A stretch of 63,450 nucleotides of DNA from an uncultured Clostridia bacterium (GTDB taxonomy: Bacteria; Bacillota; Clostridia; TANB77; CAG-508): positions 1 through 63,450 of the forward strand of contig CAKPRW010000001.1 of assembly GCA_934183045.1 (NCBI GenBank). Reading direction: 5' to 3'. Below the pieces are notes generated by a model that did no database searches, was not told the DNA's origin, and was given only the letters and a program-made list of their open reading frames with translations. Shown here piece after piece: positions 1-9,841 of this stretch (the stretch's first letter is position 1; each line of letters begins with the position of its first letter). The translations under genes were made by a program, and so were the position numbers.

Positions 1-718
1 GACTGGCTCTAATTTTTCTAATGTTATATTCCGCATTTTCCAAGTTATTTAATATAAAGTCAGCGAAATTTATGAATGTATTATCATCTATTCTTCTTGT
101 TAAATATTTTCCCTTTAATTCTGAATTTTCAAATTGCTTTTCAACTTTTTTTCTTTGTTTTGTTAGCATTTCTTCTTGTTCTTTTGATACTTTTAAGTTT
201 AATTTTTTTATATAATACAAAGGATATCTTAATTGGTGTGATATTCCAAGCGCAATCAAAATATCTGGTGATAAGTTAGCATTCATATGTGTATGTAAAT
301 CAGTTCTAAATTTATATTTCTTTAGTATATATGATTTTACTATCGTTTTTTCTATTGGTAATTCATACTCTTTTGTTTGAGACATTAATGTCTTTGCAAT
401 AGCTGGTATAGTTGCTTTTAAGTCTATACTTCCATCCTCAAAAATATTTGCAATCTTTATACCTCCTAACCTAAATATATATACAGTTTTATTATTAGCA
501 TTAATACTAGCAGGTATAACACCTTTTATAACTTTTAGTCCATCTTCTTCCTTTTCCGTTTCTACATTACATAGATTTGCTAAATTAGTAATTAAGTTTC
601 CTGTATTATGATTTGGTGTTCTTAGTATATAAGATATTTCGTCTACATTGTTTTGATATAATTCCACAATAATATCTTTTTCTTTATCTAAATAAAACTT
701 ATTTAATAACATTGACAT
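1..718 (-). CDS. Partial CDS (N-terminal part, continues beyond window start): amidohydrolase-fold, adenosine/AMP-deaminase-like protein
   Basis: The minus-strand frame is open from ATG 718 (second ATG at 712, GGAGA just upstream) to base 1, checked codon by codon. It is absent from the ORF track only because it is open-ended. FRTDLHTHMNANLSPDILIALG resembles the N-terminal metal-binding HxH strand of adenosine-deaminase-type hydrolases. Track ORFs 21..215 and 76..279 are antisense to it. Confidence 0.5.
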   Translation of the reverse strand, partial: MSMLLNKFYLDKEKDIIVELYQNNVDEISYILRTPNHNTGNLITNLANLCNVETEKEEDGLKVIKGVIPASINANNKTVYIFRLGGIKIANIFEDGSIDLKATIPAIAKTLMSQTKEYELPIEKTIVKSYILKKYKFRTDLHTHMNANLSPDILIALGISHQLRYPLYYIKKLNLKVSKEQEEMLTKQRKKVEKQFENSELKGKYLTRRIDDNTFINFADFILNNLENAEYNIRKIRAS

Positions 719-872
719 TCTCCATTTCTTAATATAATTTTTAAATAATATTTTATCATATTTTATTATTCTTTTCAATGTTTATTCTATGTTTTTTATT
801 CATTACTTAAATTATTACATATCATATAAATACTCTATTTTCCATATACATTATATATGGGAGGTGTATTCA

Positions 873-1898
873 TTGTTTATTAAAACTGTTAAAATAAGCA
901 AAAAACTTATTATTTTTTCAGTAATTCTAGTTTTTCTAATAACCTCTATTGTTTTATATTACTCTTTCGCAAATGATGAATCTAATAATACAGAGAATGA
1001 GAAAGATTTTATAAAGTGGGTTGATTTTACTGTTACTGCTGACTTATTAAGTAAGACTGCCAAATTAGATATTGATTCGCACTCTCAAAATTCTGATATA
1101 AAATATAATTGGATAGAGATTTTAGCTTATTTAGCATGTAAAAATGGAGGCAATTTCAAAAATTACAAACAAAAAGATTTAGACGATTTATTGTCACAAC
1201 TACAAAATAATAAGACTATGGAAGAAATTACTAAAAATATAAAATATTTTTCTTATTACTACGAAAGTTATTCTGCAATCTTAGGTAATTTTATTGGTGA
1301 CTACTCTATAGAAGTTGAAAATGAAGACGGTTCTAAAAGTTTTCAGAACAAGTATGGTTTGAAAGCATTTTTACCAATCGCAAAAAACTATAGCTTTAAT
1401 CACTATGATGATTTTGGAAATGCACGATCATATGGTTTTAAAAGAACTCATCTCGGTAATGATTTAATGGGAAGTATTGGCACTCCTATTATTGCAGTTG
1501 AATCTGGAACTATAGAACATTTAGGTTGGAATCAATATGGCGGATGGAGAATTGGTATTAGAAGCAATGATTCAAAACGTTATTATTATTACGCCCATTT
1601 ACGAAAAAATCATCCTTATGCTGAAGGAATTAAAGAAGGTGGTACTGTTTTAGCTGGAGATGTAATAGGTTATCTTGGTATGACAGGCTATAGCATAAAG
1701 GAAAATGTTAATAATATTAACACTCCTCATTTACATTTTGGTATGCAATTAATTTTTGATGAATCTCAAGTTGATAGCCCTAATGAAATTTGGATTGATG
1801 TTTATCAAATTATAGAATTTTTGAAAAAGAATCGTTCTGAAGTTTATATGTCTAATAAAGAAACTAAAGATTATTCAAGAAAATACAGTTTACAGTAA
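873..1898 (+). CDS. M23 (LytM-type) zinc metallopeptidase with N-terminal membrane anchor
   Basis: HLGNDL (HxxxD) and PHLHFG (HxH) motifs are present. Start moved to TTG 873, 6 nt after GGGAGGTG, which gives the signal anchor KLIIFSVILVFLITSIVLYY. Confidence 0.85.
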   Translation: MFIKTVKISKKLIIFSVILVFLITSIVLYYSFANDESNNTENEKDFIKWVDFTVTADLLSKTAKLDIDSHSQNSDIKYNWIEILAYLACKNGGNFKNYKQKDLDDLLSQLQNNKTMEEITKNIKYFSYYYESYSAILGNFIGDYSIEVENEDGSKSFQNKYGLKAFLPIAKNYSFNHYDDFGNARSYGFKRTHLGNDLMGSIGTPIIAVESGTIEHLGWNQYGGWRIGIRSNDSKRYYYYAHLRKNHPYAEGIKEGGTVLAGDVIGYLGMTGYSIKENVNNINTPHLHFGMQLIFDESQVDSPNEIWIDVYQIIEFLKKNRSEVYMSNKETKDYSRKYSLQ

Positions 1899-2031
1899 CT
1901 TTTTATCTATTTAATCATATAAAAATATCATTTGTATATTGGTAATAATTTAAAAAATACCAAATGAGTAGACTCTTTTTAATGCCTATTCATTAGATAT
2001 TTTTTAAATTATTTTCTTCTATATATTAAAA

Positions 2032-3168
2032 CTATCTTTTTCCTAATACTATGCTGATTTCTTTACTTATTTTTCCTCTTTTAATTTGTAATTTTACTTC
2101 TTCACCAGGATTTTTAGTATAAATATACTCTCTTAGGTCATTCATTGTATTTAATTCTTTTGAATCAATATTAGTTATAATATCTCCCTCTTGTAATTCA
2201 GTATTATCAGCTGGACCATTTTTGGTAATTTGTGCAACATAAATTCCTTTTTCTAAATTAATATTAAAATTCAAGTTTAAGTATGGTATAACTTCTTTAT
2301 CATAAGCATATATTCCTATTGTTCCTTCTTGAAAATCGCCACTTTCTTTAAAGCTTTGAATAATAGGTTTAATAATATTTATTGGTATTGCAAATCCTAT
2401 TCCTTCTGCTGATGAAATTTTAACTGTATTTATCCCTATTACTTCTCCATTTGGATAAATTAATGGTCCACCACTATTTCCAGGATTTATTGTAGCATCT
2501 GTTTGTATTAAATCCGTCATATATGAAGATTTATCAGATTCTTCTAATTTTATTGTTCTATTTTTTGCACTAATAATTCCAGAAGTTACTGTTCTTCTAA
2601 ATTCGAATCCTATAGGATTACCTATTGCATATACAGTTTCTCCAACACGTATTTTACTAGAATCACCTAGATCAACATATTCTAAATTTTTAGCGTTAAT
2701 CTTTGTAATTGATAAATCTAAGTCCACATCACTCCATACTACTGTCCCTTCATAATTATTTCCATTTTCTAATGTCAAATAACACCTACTATATTTACTA
2801 CCAGTAACATGTTCATTACTTAATATATATCCATCATCACTTACTATAATTCCTGTTCCTAGTCCTAATTCGCTCTCTGTACTTTTAGATAAAATACTAC
2901 TACCCGTATTTTTCAATTTTGAAATTCCAACAATTTTTTTTGTAGTTTTTTCAATTATATCTGCTACTTTTTCACTGTTTTCTTCTTTATTTTCCACAGT
3001 TTGTTCTTTTATTGTGGATTGTACCCTTTCTGTTTCATAAGTATTATTATCTATTTCTATTTTATCGTATGTAACATACATATAAAATCCTAATATCCAT
3101 AAAATTATTACTATACTAAAAATAATTAAAACCTTTTTTAAATTGTTTTTTTTCTTATTTTTTTTCAA
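2032..3168 (-). CDS. htrA: HtrA/DegP-family S1C serine protease with C-terminal PDZ domain
   Basis: Contains the trypsin-like core with catalytic GNSGGPL, an N-terminal TM segment and a PDZ-like tail. Start moved to TTG 3168, 6 nt after GGAGGTG. Confidence 0.85.
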   Translation of the reverse strand: MKKNKKKNNLKKVLIIFSIVIILWILGFYMYVTYDKIEIDNNTYETERVQSTIKEQTVENKEENSEKVADIIEKTTKKIVGISKLKNTGSSILSKSTESELGLGTGIIVSDDGYILSNEHVTGSKYSRCYLTLENGNNYEGTVVWSDVDLDLSITKINAKNLEYVDLGDSSKIRVGETVYAIGNPIGFEFRRTVTSGIISAKNRTIKLEESDKSSYMTDLIQTDATINPGNSGGPLIYPNGEVIGINTVKISSAEGIGFAIPINIIKPIIQSFKESGDFQEGTIGIYAYDKEVIPYLNLNFNINLEKGIYVAQITKNGPADNTELQEGDIITNIDSKELNTMNDLREYIYTKNPGEEVKLQIKRGKISKEISIVLGKR

Positions 3169-3381
3169 AATATTACACCTCCAAAATATTGTTTCCAATA
3201 CTATTTTTTTTAAACTATCTTGCATAAAAAATAAGCAGATTTTAAATTATTTTTTATCTCTATTTAATCAAATTTATTTTTTCTACAATTTTCATCTTTA
3301 TTCCTCATTTTTTGCAAATTTATTTGATTTTTTTAGTGTTTATATATATAATCATAATAATAAATTTTAAAGGTGATATCT

Positions 3382-6300
3382 ATGAAAAATAAATCTTATA
3401 ATTTAACAAATCCACAAAAAAGCATATGGAACACAGAACTATTTTTTAATGGTTCTAATATTAATAATATTTGTGGTACTATTAGACTATATGAACCACT
3501 CGATTTTAAGCTTTTACAGAAATCACTAGAATTAATTGTTGATAAAAATGATAGCTTTCATACTAATTTTACAATAAAAGATGGTTCTATTTCTCAATCA
3601 TTTGATAACACAATTGATTACAAAATAGATATAATAGAAATAGAAAATGAAGAAGAATTACATAAACTTGAACAACAAACTATGTCTCATATTTTTGATA
3701 TATTAAATTCGGATTTATTTGATATTAAAATTTTCAAGTTTCCAGATCTTAGTGGTGGTGTTATTGTTAATATCCATCATATTATCTCTGATTCTTGGAC
3801 TTTAGGACTAATTGCTAAAGAAATTGTTAATAATTATTACTGTCTTTATAACAATATACCTATTGAATCAAATCAATACTCTTATATTGATTATATTAAT
3901 TCAGAAGAAAAATATATTGATAGTAATAAATATCTAAAAGATAAACAATTTTGGAAAGACTACTTAAAAGATTGTCCAAATTGTATTACTATACCTAATA
4001 ACAAAGAAATTTCTAATAATGATTTTTCTTCTTTAGGAAATAGAAAAATGTTTAAATTAGAAAATAAATATATAAAAAAAATAAATGAATTTTGCCATAA
4101 TTACAATATTTCGTTATTTAGTTTTCTTATGGCTATATATTCTATATATATTGGAAAAATTAATAACTCAGACGACTTTATTTTAGGCACGCCAATCTTA
4201 AATAGAGTAAATTCTGCACAAAAAAATACAATGGGTATGTTTATTAATACCATACCTTTTAGAGTAAAAATTGAAGATAATTATAGTTTTCTTGCATTCT
4301 TAAATAATATTGCTTTAAATTTCACTTCTATATTAAGGCACCAAAAACACTCATATCAGTTTATATTAGAAGATTTAAGAAAAGAAGATCCAAAAACACC
4401 AAACTTATATCAAATATTATTATCTTATCAGATTACTAAAATAAAAACAGATGATAATATGAAATACTCTTCTGAATGGAATTTTAATGGGAATGTTGCA
4501 GATGATATAGATATTCATTTCTTTGACTTAAATGATTCTGGTGATATAAATATTGCATATGATTATAAAATATCAAAATATACAGATACAGATATTTCAA
4601 ATATACATTCAAGAATTTTATACATTATATCTCAGGTTCTAAATAATCCTAGTATGTTTATTAAAGAAATATCTATCACAACACCAAAAGAACTACAAGA
4701 AATATTGTTTTTTAATAGTCAAAATAATTGTTCTTATCCAAGTGATAAAACAATATCTCAATTGTTTGAAGAACAAGTTGAATTAACACCAAACAATATT
4801 GCTATTAAATTTAAGAATACTTATTTAACATATGAGGAATTAAATAAAAAAGCAAATCAAGTCGCTAATTTTTTAAGAAATTTAGGAATTAAGTCTAATG
4901 ATGTTATAGCTATCAGATTAAATAAATCTCTTGAAATGGTTATAGGAATTTTAGGAATTTTAAAGGCTGGTGGATGCTATTTACCAATAGATTTATCATA
5001 TCCTCAAGAGAGAGTGTCTTTTATGTTAGAAGATAGCCAAGCCAAAATATTTCTTACAAATGAGACTCATAAAAATGATGTGGATATTAGTATCCCCTAT
5101 TACCTATTAGATCTTTCTTCTGATAATGAAATCTATTTTAATTCAGAAGAAAACTTGGAATGCATTAACTCTCCTGAAGATTTAATATATATTATATATA
5201 CATCTGGATCAACAGGGACTCCAAAGGGAGTTATGTTATGCCATAGAAACGTTGTACGTTTAATAAAAAATAAAGATTTTCAATTTGATTTTGACGAAAA
5301 TGATGTATGGACTATGTTCCATTCAGTTGCTTTTGACTTTTCAGTTTGGGAATTATATGCATGTTTATTATATGGATCAAAATTGATATTAGTACCAGAA
5401 ACTACTGCAAAAGATCCTAAAAAGTTTTTACAATTATTAAGAACCGAAAAAGTAACTGTTTTAAACCAAACTCCTACTTACTTCTATAATTTATTAGATA
5501 GAGAACTTTTAAATGAAGATTCTGATCTATTTATTAGATATATTATATTTGGAGGAGAAGCTTTAAAACCAAATTTAGTAAAACCTTGGAAAGATAAATA
5601 TCCTTTTACTAAAATAATTAATATGTACGGAATAACAGAAACTACTGTCCATGTAACTTTTAAAGAGTTAACTGATAAAGATCTATTATCATCTAGTTCT
5701 AATATAGGAAAACCTATACCTACATTAAAAGTTTATGTTATGGACAAATATTTACACATCTTACCATATGGAGTAGAAGGTGAAATGTGTGTAAGCGGTT
5801 TAGGAGTTTGCAAAGGTTATTTAAATAGAGAAGAATTAAATGCTAAAAAGTTTGTACAAAATCCTTATAATCCTAGTGAAATTTTATACCGTTCTGCTGA
5901 TAATGCGATTCTTTCTGAAAGTGGAGATTTATATTATTTAGGTAGAATTGACAATCAAGTAAAAGTTAGAGGATTTCGTATAGAAATTGGAGAAATAGAA
6001 ACAAAATTATTAAAGCATCCTGGAATCTCAAAATGTGTTGTTTTACCAAAGAAAAAAGGTGATACAGACTCATATTTAGTAGCTTATATTGTTACAAACG
6101 AAAAATTATCATCTAGTGACTTAAAATTATATATTTCTAAATTAGTTCCAGAATATATGATTCCTAGTTTCTTCGTATTTTTAGACAAAATGCCACTTAC
6201 AAGCAATGGTAAAGTAAATAGAAAAAAATTATTAAATATGGAAATTAAAACTGAATCTAATACGAAATATATAGCTCCTAGAAATGACTTTGAAAAGGCT

Positions 6301-7659
6301 TTTCAAGAAATATTAGAAAATGCCTTAAATACCCCTCATATAGGAATAGATGATAATATATTAGAACTTGGTGCTGATTCTTTAACACTTATGCAAATTA
6401 CTATACATTTGCTAGAAAAAAACTATATTGTAAATATACAAGATATTTATGAATTTAAAACAATTAGAGGTGTTTCAGATAACTTTACTTTGCCTAAAGA
6501 ATCTAATATATATCAAAAATCCATGTCTAAAGAATTATACTATGATTTTAAAGAGGACTTTTCTAAAGAAAAAATTAATGCCAAAAATATTTTACTTACA
6601 GGTGCCACTGGATATTTAGGAATTCATATTTTATATGAATTAATAAATAAAGCGGATTCTAATATATACTGTCTAATTCGTAATAAAAATGGACAAGAAT
6701 CAAAAGAAAGATTAATAAAAAAATTAACTTTCTATTTCGGAAAAGACATCTTAAAATTTATTGATAACCGAATACATGTAATAGTTGCTGATATCTCTTT
6801 ACCTAAATTTGGATTAAATGATAAAGATTATAAAAATTTAGGTAACAAAATTGATGTAGTTATTCATTCCGCTGCAATAGTTGACCATTATGGCGATAAT
6901 AGTATATTTGAATCAATTAATGTAACAGGTACTATTAACATTATTGATTTTTGTAAAGAATTTTCTATTTATATGAATCATATTTCTACAACATCCGTAT
7001 CTGCTTCTATTCCAGATGCAAATACTCCTACTATCTTTGATGAACATGCATTATATGTAGGCCAGAATTATGAAGATAATATCTATATAGAAACAAAATT
7101 CAAGGCTGAATATAAAATATGGGAAGCTATCAACACTGGTATGAAAATATCTGTTTATCGTTTAGGTAATATAACCGCAAGATATTCAGATGGACAATTC
7201 CAAGAAAATGATACCAAAAATGCATTTTTAAACAGAACTATTACTCTTTCAAAATTAAACAAACTACCTCAATCTATTTCAAACTTTGAAATAGACCTAA
7301 GTCCTGTTGATACATGTTCATCTATTATAGCAAGTTCTATTTATTACAAAAGTAGCTATTCAAAAGTATTTCATATTTATAATAATCATCAATTGAAATT
7401 TGTTGACTTATTAAAAACTATTAAAAAATCTAATAAAGAGATTGCTATAGTATCTGATGAAGAATTTTATAAGTACATAAAAAATAAAAAAGATCTTTTA
7501 GGTATTATAAATGATTTAACTAGTCACTCTTCAAAATATAATTCTAATATTGATCTAAAAAATGATTTTACTATTAACTATATGAAAAACTTAGGTTTAT
7601 CTTGGCCTATTATAAATGCAAATTATATTAATAGCTTTTTTGAAAAATATATTAAATAA
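3382..7659 (+). CDS. Single-module non-ribosomal peptide synthetase, domain order C-A-T-R (terminal thioester reductase)
   Basis: C-domain His motif HHIISDSWT. A-domain cores IYTSGSTGTPKGV, NMYGITETT, GRIDNQVKVRGFRIEIGEIE and PLTSNGKVNRKKL. Carrier motif LGADSL. Reductase Rossmann motif LLTGATGYLGIHIL and catalytic YIETK. ATG 3382 lies 5 nt after AAAGGTG. Confidence 0.9.
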   Translation: MKNKSYNLTNPQKSIWNTELFFNGSNINNICGTIRLYEPLDFKLLQKSLELIVDKNDSFHTNFTIKDGSISQSFDNTIDYKIDIIEIENEEELHKLEQQTMSHIFDILNSDLFDIKIFKFPDLSGGVIVNIHHIISDSWTLGLIAKEIVNNYYCLYNNIPIESNQYSYIDYINSEEKYIDSNKYLKDKQFWKDYLKDCPNCITIPNNKEISNNDFSSLGNRKMFKLENKYIKKINEFCHNYNISLFSFLMAIYSIYIGKINNSDDFILGTPILNRVNSAQKNTMGMFINTIPFRVKIEDNYSFLAFLNNIALNFTSILRHQKHSYQFILEDLRKEDPKTPNLYQILLSYQITKIKTDDNMKYSSEWNFNGNVADDIDIHFFDLNDSGDINIAYDYKISKYTDTDISNIHSRILYIISQVLNNPSMFIKEISITTPKELQEILFFNSQNNCSYPSDKTISQLFEEQVELTPNNIAIKFKNTYLTYEELNKKANQVANFLRNLGIKSNDVIAIRLNKSLEMVIGILGILKAGGCYLPIDLSYPQERVSFMLEDSQAKIFLTNETHKNDVDISIPYYLLDLSSDNEIYFNSEENLECINSPEDLIYIIYTSGSTGTPKGVMLCHRNVVRLIKNKDFQFDFDENDVWTMFHSVAFDFSVWELYACLLYGSKLILVPETTAKDPKKFLQLLRTEKVTVLNQTPTYFYNLLDRELLNEDSDLFIRYIIFGGEALKPNLVKPWKDKYPFTKIINMYGITETTVHVTFKELTDKDLLSSSSNIGKPIPTLKVYVMDKYLHILPYGVEGEMCVSGLGVCKGYLNREELNAKKFVQNPYNPSEILYRSADNAILSESGDLYYLGRIDNQVKVRGFRIEIGEIETKLLKHPGISKCVVLPKKKGDTDSYLVAYIVTNEKLSSSDLKLYISKLVPEYMIPSFFVFLDKMPLTSNGKVNRKKLLNMEIKTESNTKYIAPRNDFEKAFQEILENALNTPHIGIDDNILELGADSLTLMQITIHLLEKNYIVNIQDIYEFKTIRGVSDNFTLPKESNIYQKSMSKELYYDFKEDFSKEKINAKNILLTGATGYLGIHILYELINKADSNIYCLIRNKNGQESKERLIKKLTFYFGKDILKFIDNRIHVIVADISLPKFGLNDKDYKNLGNKIDVVIHSAAIVDHYGDNSIFESINVTGTINIIDFCKEFSIYMNHISTTSVSASIPDANTPTIFDEHALYVGQNYEDNIYIETKFKAEYKIWEAINTGMKISVYRLGNITARYSDGQFQENDTKNAFLNRTITLSKLNKLPQSISNFEIDLSPVDTCSSIIASSIYYKSSYSKVFHIYNNHQLKFVDLLKTIKKSNKEIAIVSDEEFYKYIKNKKDLLGIINDLTSHSSKYNSNIDLKNDFTINYMKNLGLSWPIINANYINSFFEKYIK

Positions 7660-7674
7660 AGGAGTTTACCAATA

Positions 7675-9729
7675 ATGAAAAAAAAGATTACTTCGTGTCT
7701 ATATAAAATTATAGCACTATATCTTGCTGTACCATCACTTATAGCATTTATACTATACTTTTTTCTACCTACTATTTTAAATTATCCTCCTGAAAGCATT
7801 GATAATCAATTTCAGTTGGATTTTGATGGTATAACATATACTCAACAATACATTTTATTAATTTCTTTAATTGTGTTATGCAGTTTAATTATATTGTTTA
7901 TTAGATCTTATAAAATGTATAAATGTTCAACAAAACTATCTGACGAGAACATCAAACTGTCTGAAGAAGAAACAATTTCAATGTTACTTAAAATAAGAGC
8001 ATATTGTTATAATACACCCTATCTACTATATTTCTTAGAAATACTTTTGCCATTAATATTTTTGCCTATTACTTTTATTTTAATAGATGCTTATACATTA
8101 ACAATTATAGAAATATGCTTAATGTATATATCTTGTTTTACACTTGCATCTGTTATAAGTTTTGTATTTTCTAAAACTGAATTTGGATATATATTAAACT
8201 TACTTCATGATATGTATCCAAATTTAATGGATAATATAGAACTAGAATATTCAAGGAAAAAGAGAGCTGGTATAAAATCTTTATCAGTAAAATTAATGTT
8301 ACAATTCTCTCCTCTAGTTCTTTTAACACTTATCCTTACATCATTAGTCGGATATGTACAAGCTGCTAAAAAAACTGGTGAAATATATTACTCATCATAT
8401 TATTCACTTATATCTGATTCCTTTAGTGGAACATTCTCTTCAAGAGATGAAGTAGAAAACAAGTTAAAAAGTATTTCATTATTAGATACATCTCACAAAT
8501 ATTTTATTATAGATAGCTCTGGAAATTATACAGTTTCAGACAATTCTAAATTACAACCATTTTTCATAAAGTACACTTTAGAAAAATCAGATACACAAAA
8601 TGGACATTCTTACGATTATTTTTGTTTAGATTCTGAAGGAATTTCATTAAAGTGTAATCTATCTGATGGTACTTATTGTTATGCTGGAATTATATATGAT
8701 ACTAGTCAACCAAACTTTTTAAAATTTATTTTAATATGTGATACTGTCTTATATTGTATAATATTTTTAATATTACTTTATGTTTCACATTCTTTGTCAG
8801 CAGAAATTAAAACTGTTTCAAAGAAATTAACTAACATAGCATCATCTAACAAAAATAATATAAATTTAAATAATAATTTAGTTGTTACTTCTGAAGATGC
8901 ACTAGCAGACCTTGCCTTAGCTTTCAATCTTACACAAAGCTTTACAAAAGATAACATTAATGAGTTGCAATCTAATCAAACAATGCTTATGGAAAGAGAA
9001 AGACTTGCTTCTCTAGGACAATTAATTGGTGGTATTGCTCACAATTTAAAAACACCAATAATGTCAATATCTGGTGCTGCAGAAGGGCTTAGCGACCTGA
9101 TTAAAGAATATGATTCTTCTATAGACGATCCAGAAGTAAACTCTCAAGACCATCATGATATTGCCAAAGATATGAATTCTTGGATAGTTAAAATAAGAGA
9201 ATATACTAGCTACATGTCTGATATTATAACAGCTGTTAAAGGTCAAGCTGTTACATTATCTGAGACAGATAATGTATCCTTTGATATAGAAGAATTAATT
9301 AAGAGAGTAGATATTTTAATGAAACATGAATTAAAAAATGCCTTAGTGTATTTAAATGTTTCTTTATCAGTACCTGAAAACACTAAATTAATTGGTGATA
9401 TTAATAGTTTGGTACAAGTTATTAACAATATGATTTCTAATTCAATTCAATCATATAACGGAAAACCTGAACAAAAAATAGATTTAAGTATAGAGCAAAA
9501 GAATAATAACTTAATTATATCTATTCAAGATTATGGATGTGGACTATCTGAAAAAGTTAAAGATAAGTTATTTAATGAGATGATTACAACAAAAGGAAAA
9601 AACGGAACAGGATTAGGATTATATATGTCTTATTCAACAATAAAAGCTCATTTCAATGGAAATATCACATTTGAATCAGAAGCTGGAAAAGGTACTACAT
9701 TCCACATTATATTGCCATTAAAAAAATAA
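7675..9729 (+). CDS. Membrane sensor histidine kinase
   Basis: Has several N-terminal TM segments, an H-box GGIAHNLKTP, and HATPase N/G boxes (NMISNSIQ, DYGCGL, GTGLGLY). Confidence 0.85.
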   Translation: MKKKITSCLYKIIALYLAVPSLIAFILYFFLPTILNYPPESIDNQFQLDFDGITYTQQYILLISLIVLCSLIILFIRSYKMYKCSTKLSDENIKLSEEETISMLLKIRAYCYNTPYLLYFLEILLPLIFLPITFILIDAYTLTIIEICLMYISCFTLASVISFVFSKTEFGYILNLLHDMYPNLMDNIELEYSRKKRAGIKSLSVKLMLQFSPLVLLTLILTSLVGYVQAAKKTGEIYYSSYYSLISDSFSGTFSSRDEVENKLKSISLLDTSHKYFIIDSSGNYTVSDNSKLQPFFIKYTLEKSDTQNGHSYDYFCLDSEGISLKCNLSDGTYCYAGIIYDTSQPNFLKFILICDTVLYCIIFLILLYVSHSLSAEIKTVSKKLTNIASSNKNNINLNNNLVVTSEDALADLALAFNLTQSFTKDNINELQSNQTMLMERERLASLGQLIGGIAHNLKTPIMSISGAAEGLSDLIKEYDSSIDDPEVNSQDHHDIAKDMNSWIVKIREYTSYMSDIITAVKGQAVTLSETDNVSFDIEELIKRVDILMKHELKNALVYLNVSLSVPENTKLIGDINSLVQVINNMISNSIQSYNGKPEQKIDLSIEQKNNNLIISIQDYGCGLSEKVKDKLFNEMITTKGKNGTGLGLYMSYSTIKAHFNGNITFESEAGKGTTFHIILPLKK

Positions 9730-9841
9730 TAAAAAAAGAAGAGTTATTATGTATAACTTTTCTTTTTTATTTTTTAAAAGTATTGCTTTTTTTCTTTTGT
9801 ATATATATAATACACTTAATTCTATCTAAGGAGGGATGATT

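Noticed and set aside
21-279. Track ORFs 21..215 and 76..279 on the plus strand
   Set aside because: They are antisense to the continuous open-ended minus-strand frame 1..718, which has an SD, a start codon and a recognisable motif. Their translations are F/L-rich shadow products.
3143-3370. A 75-aa plus-strand ORF upstream of the NRPS
   Set aside because: It overlaps the htrA 5' end in antisense and then runs through the promoter spacer. It has a low-complexity F/L/N translation and no SD.
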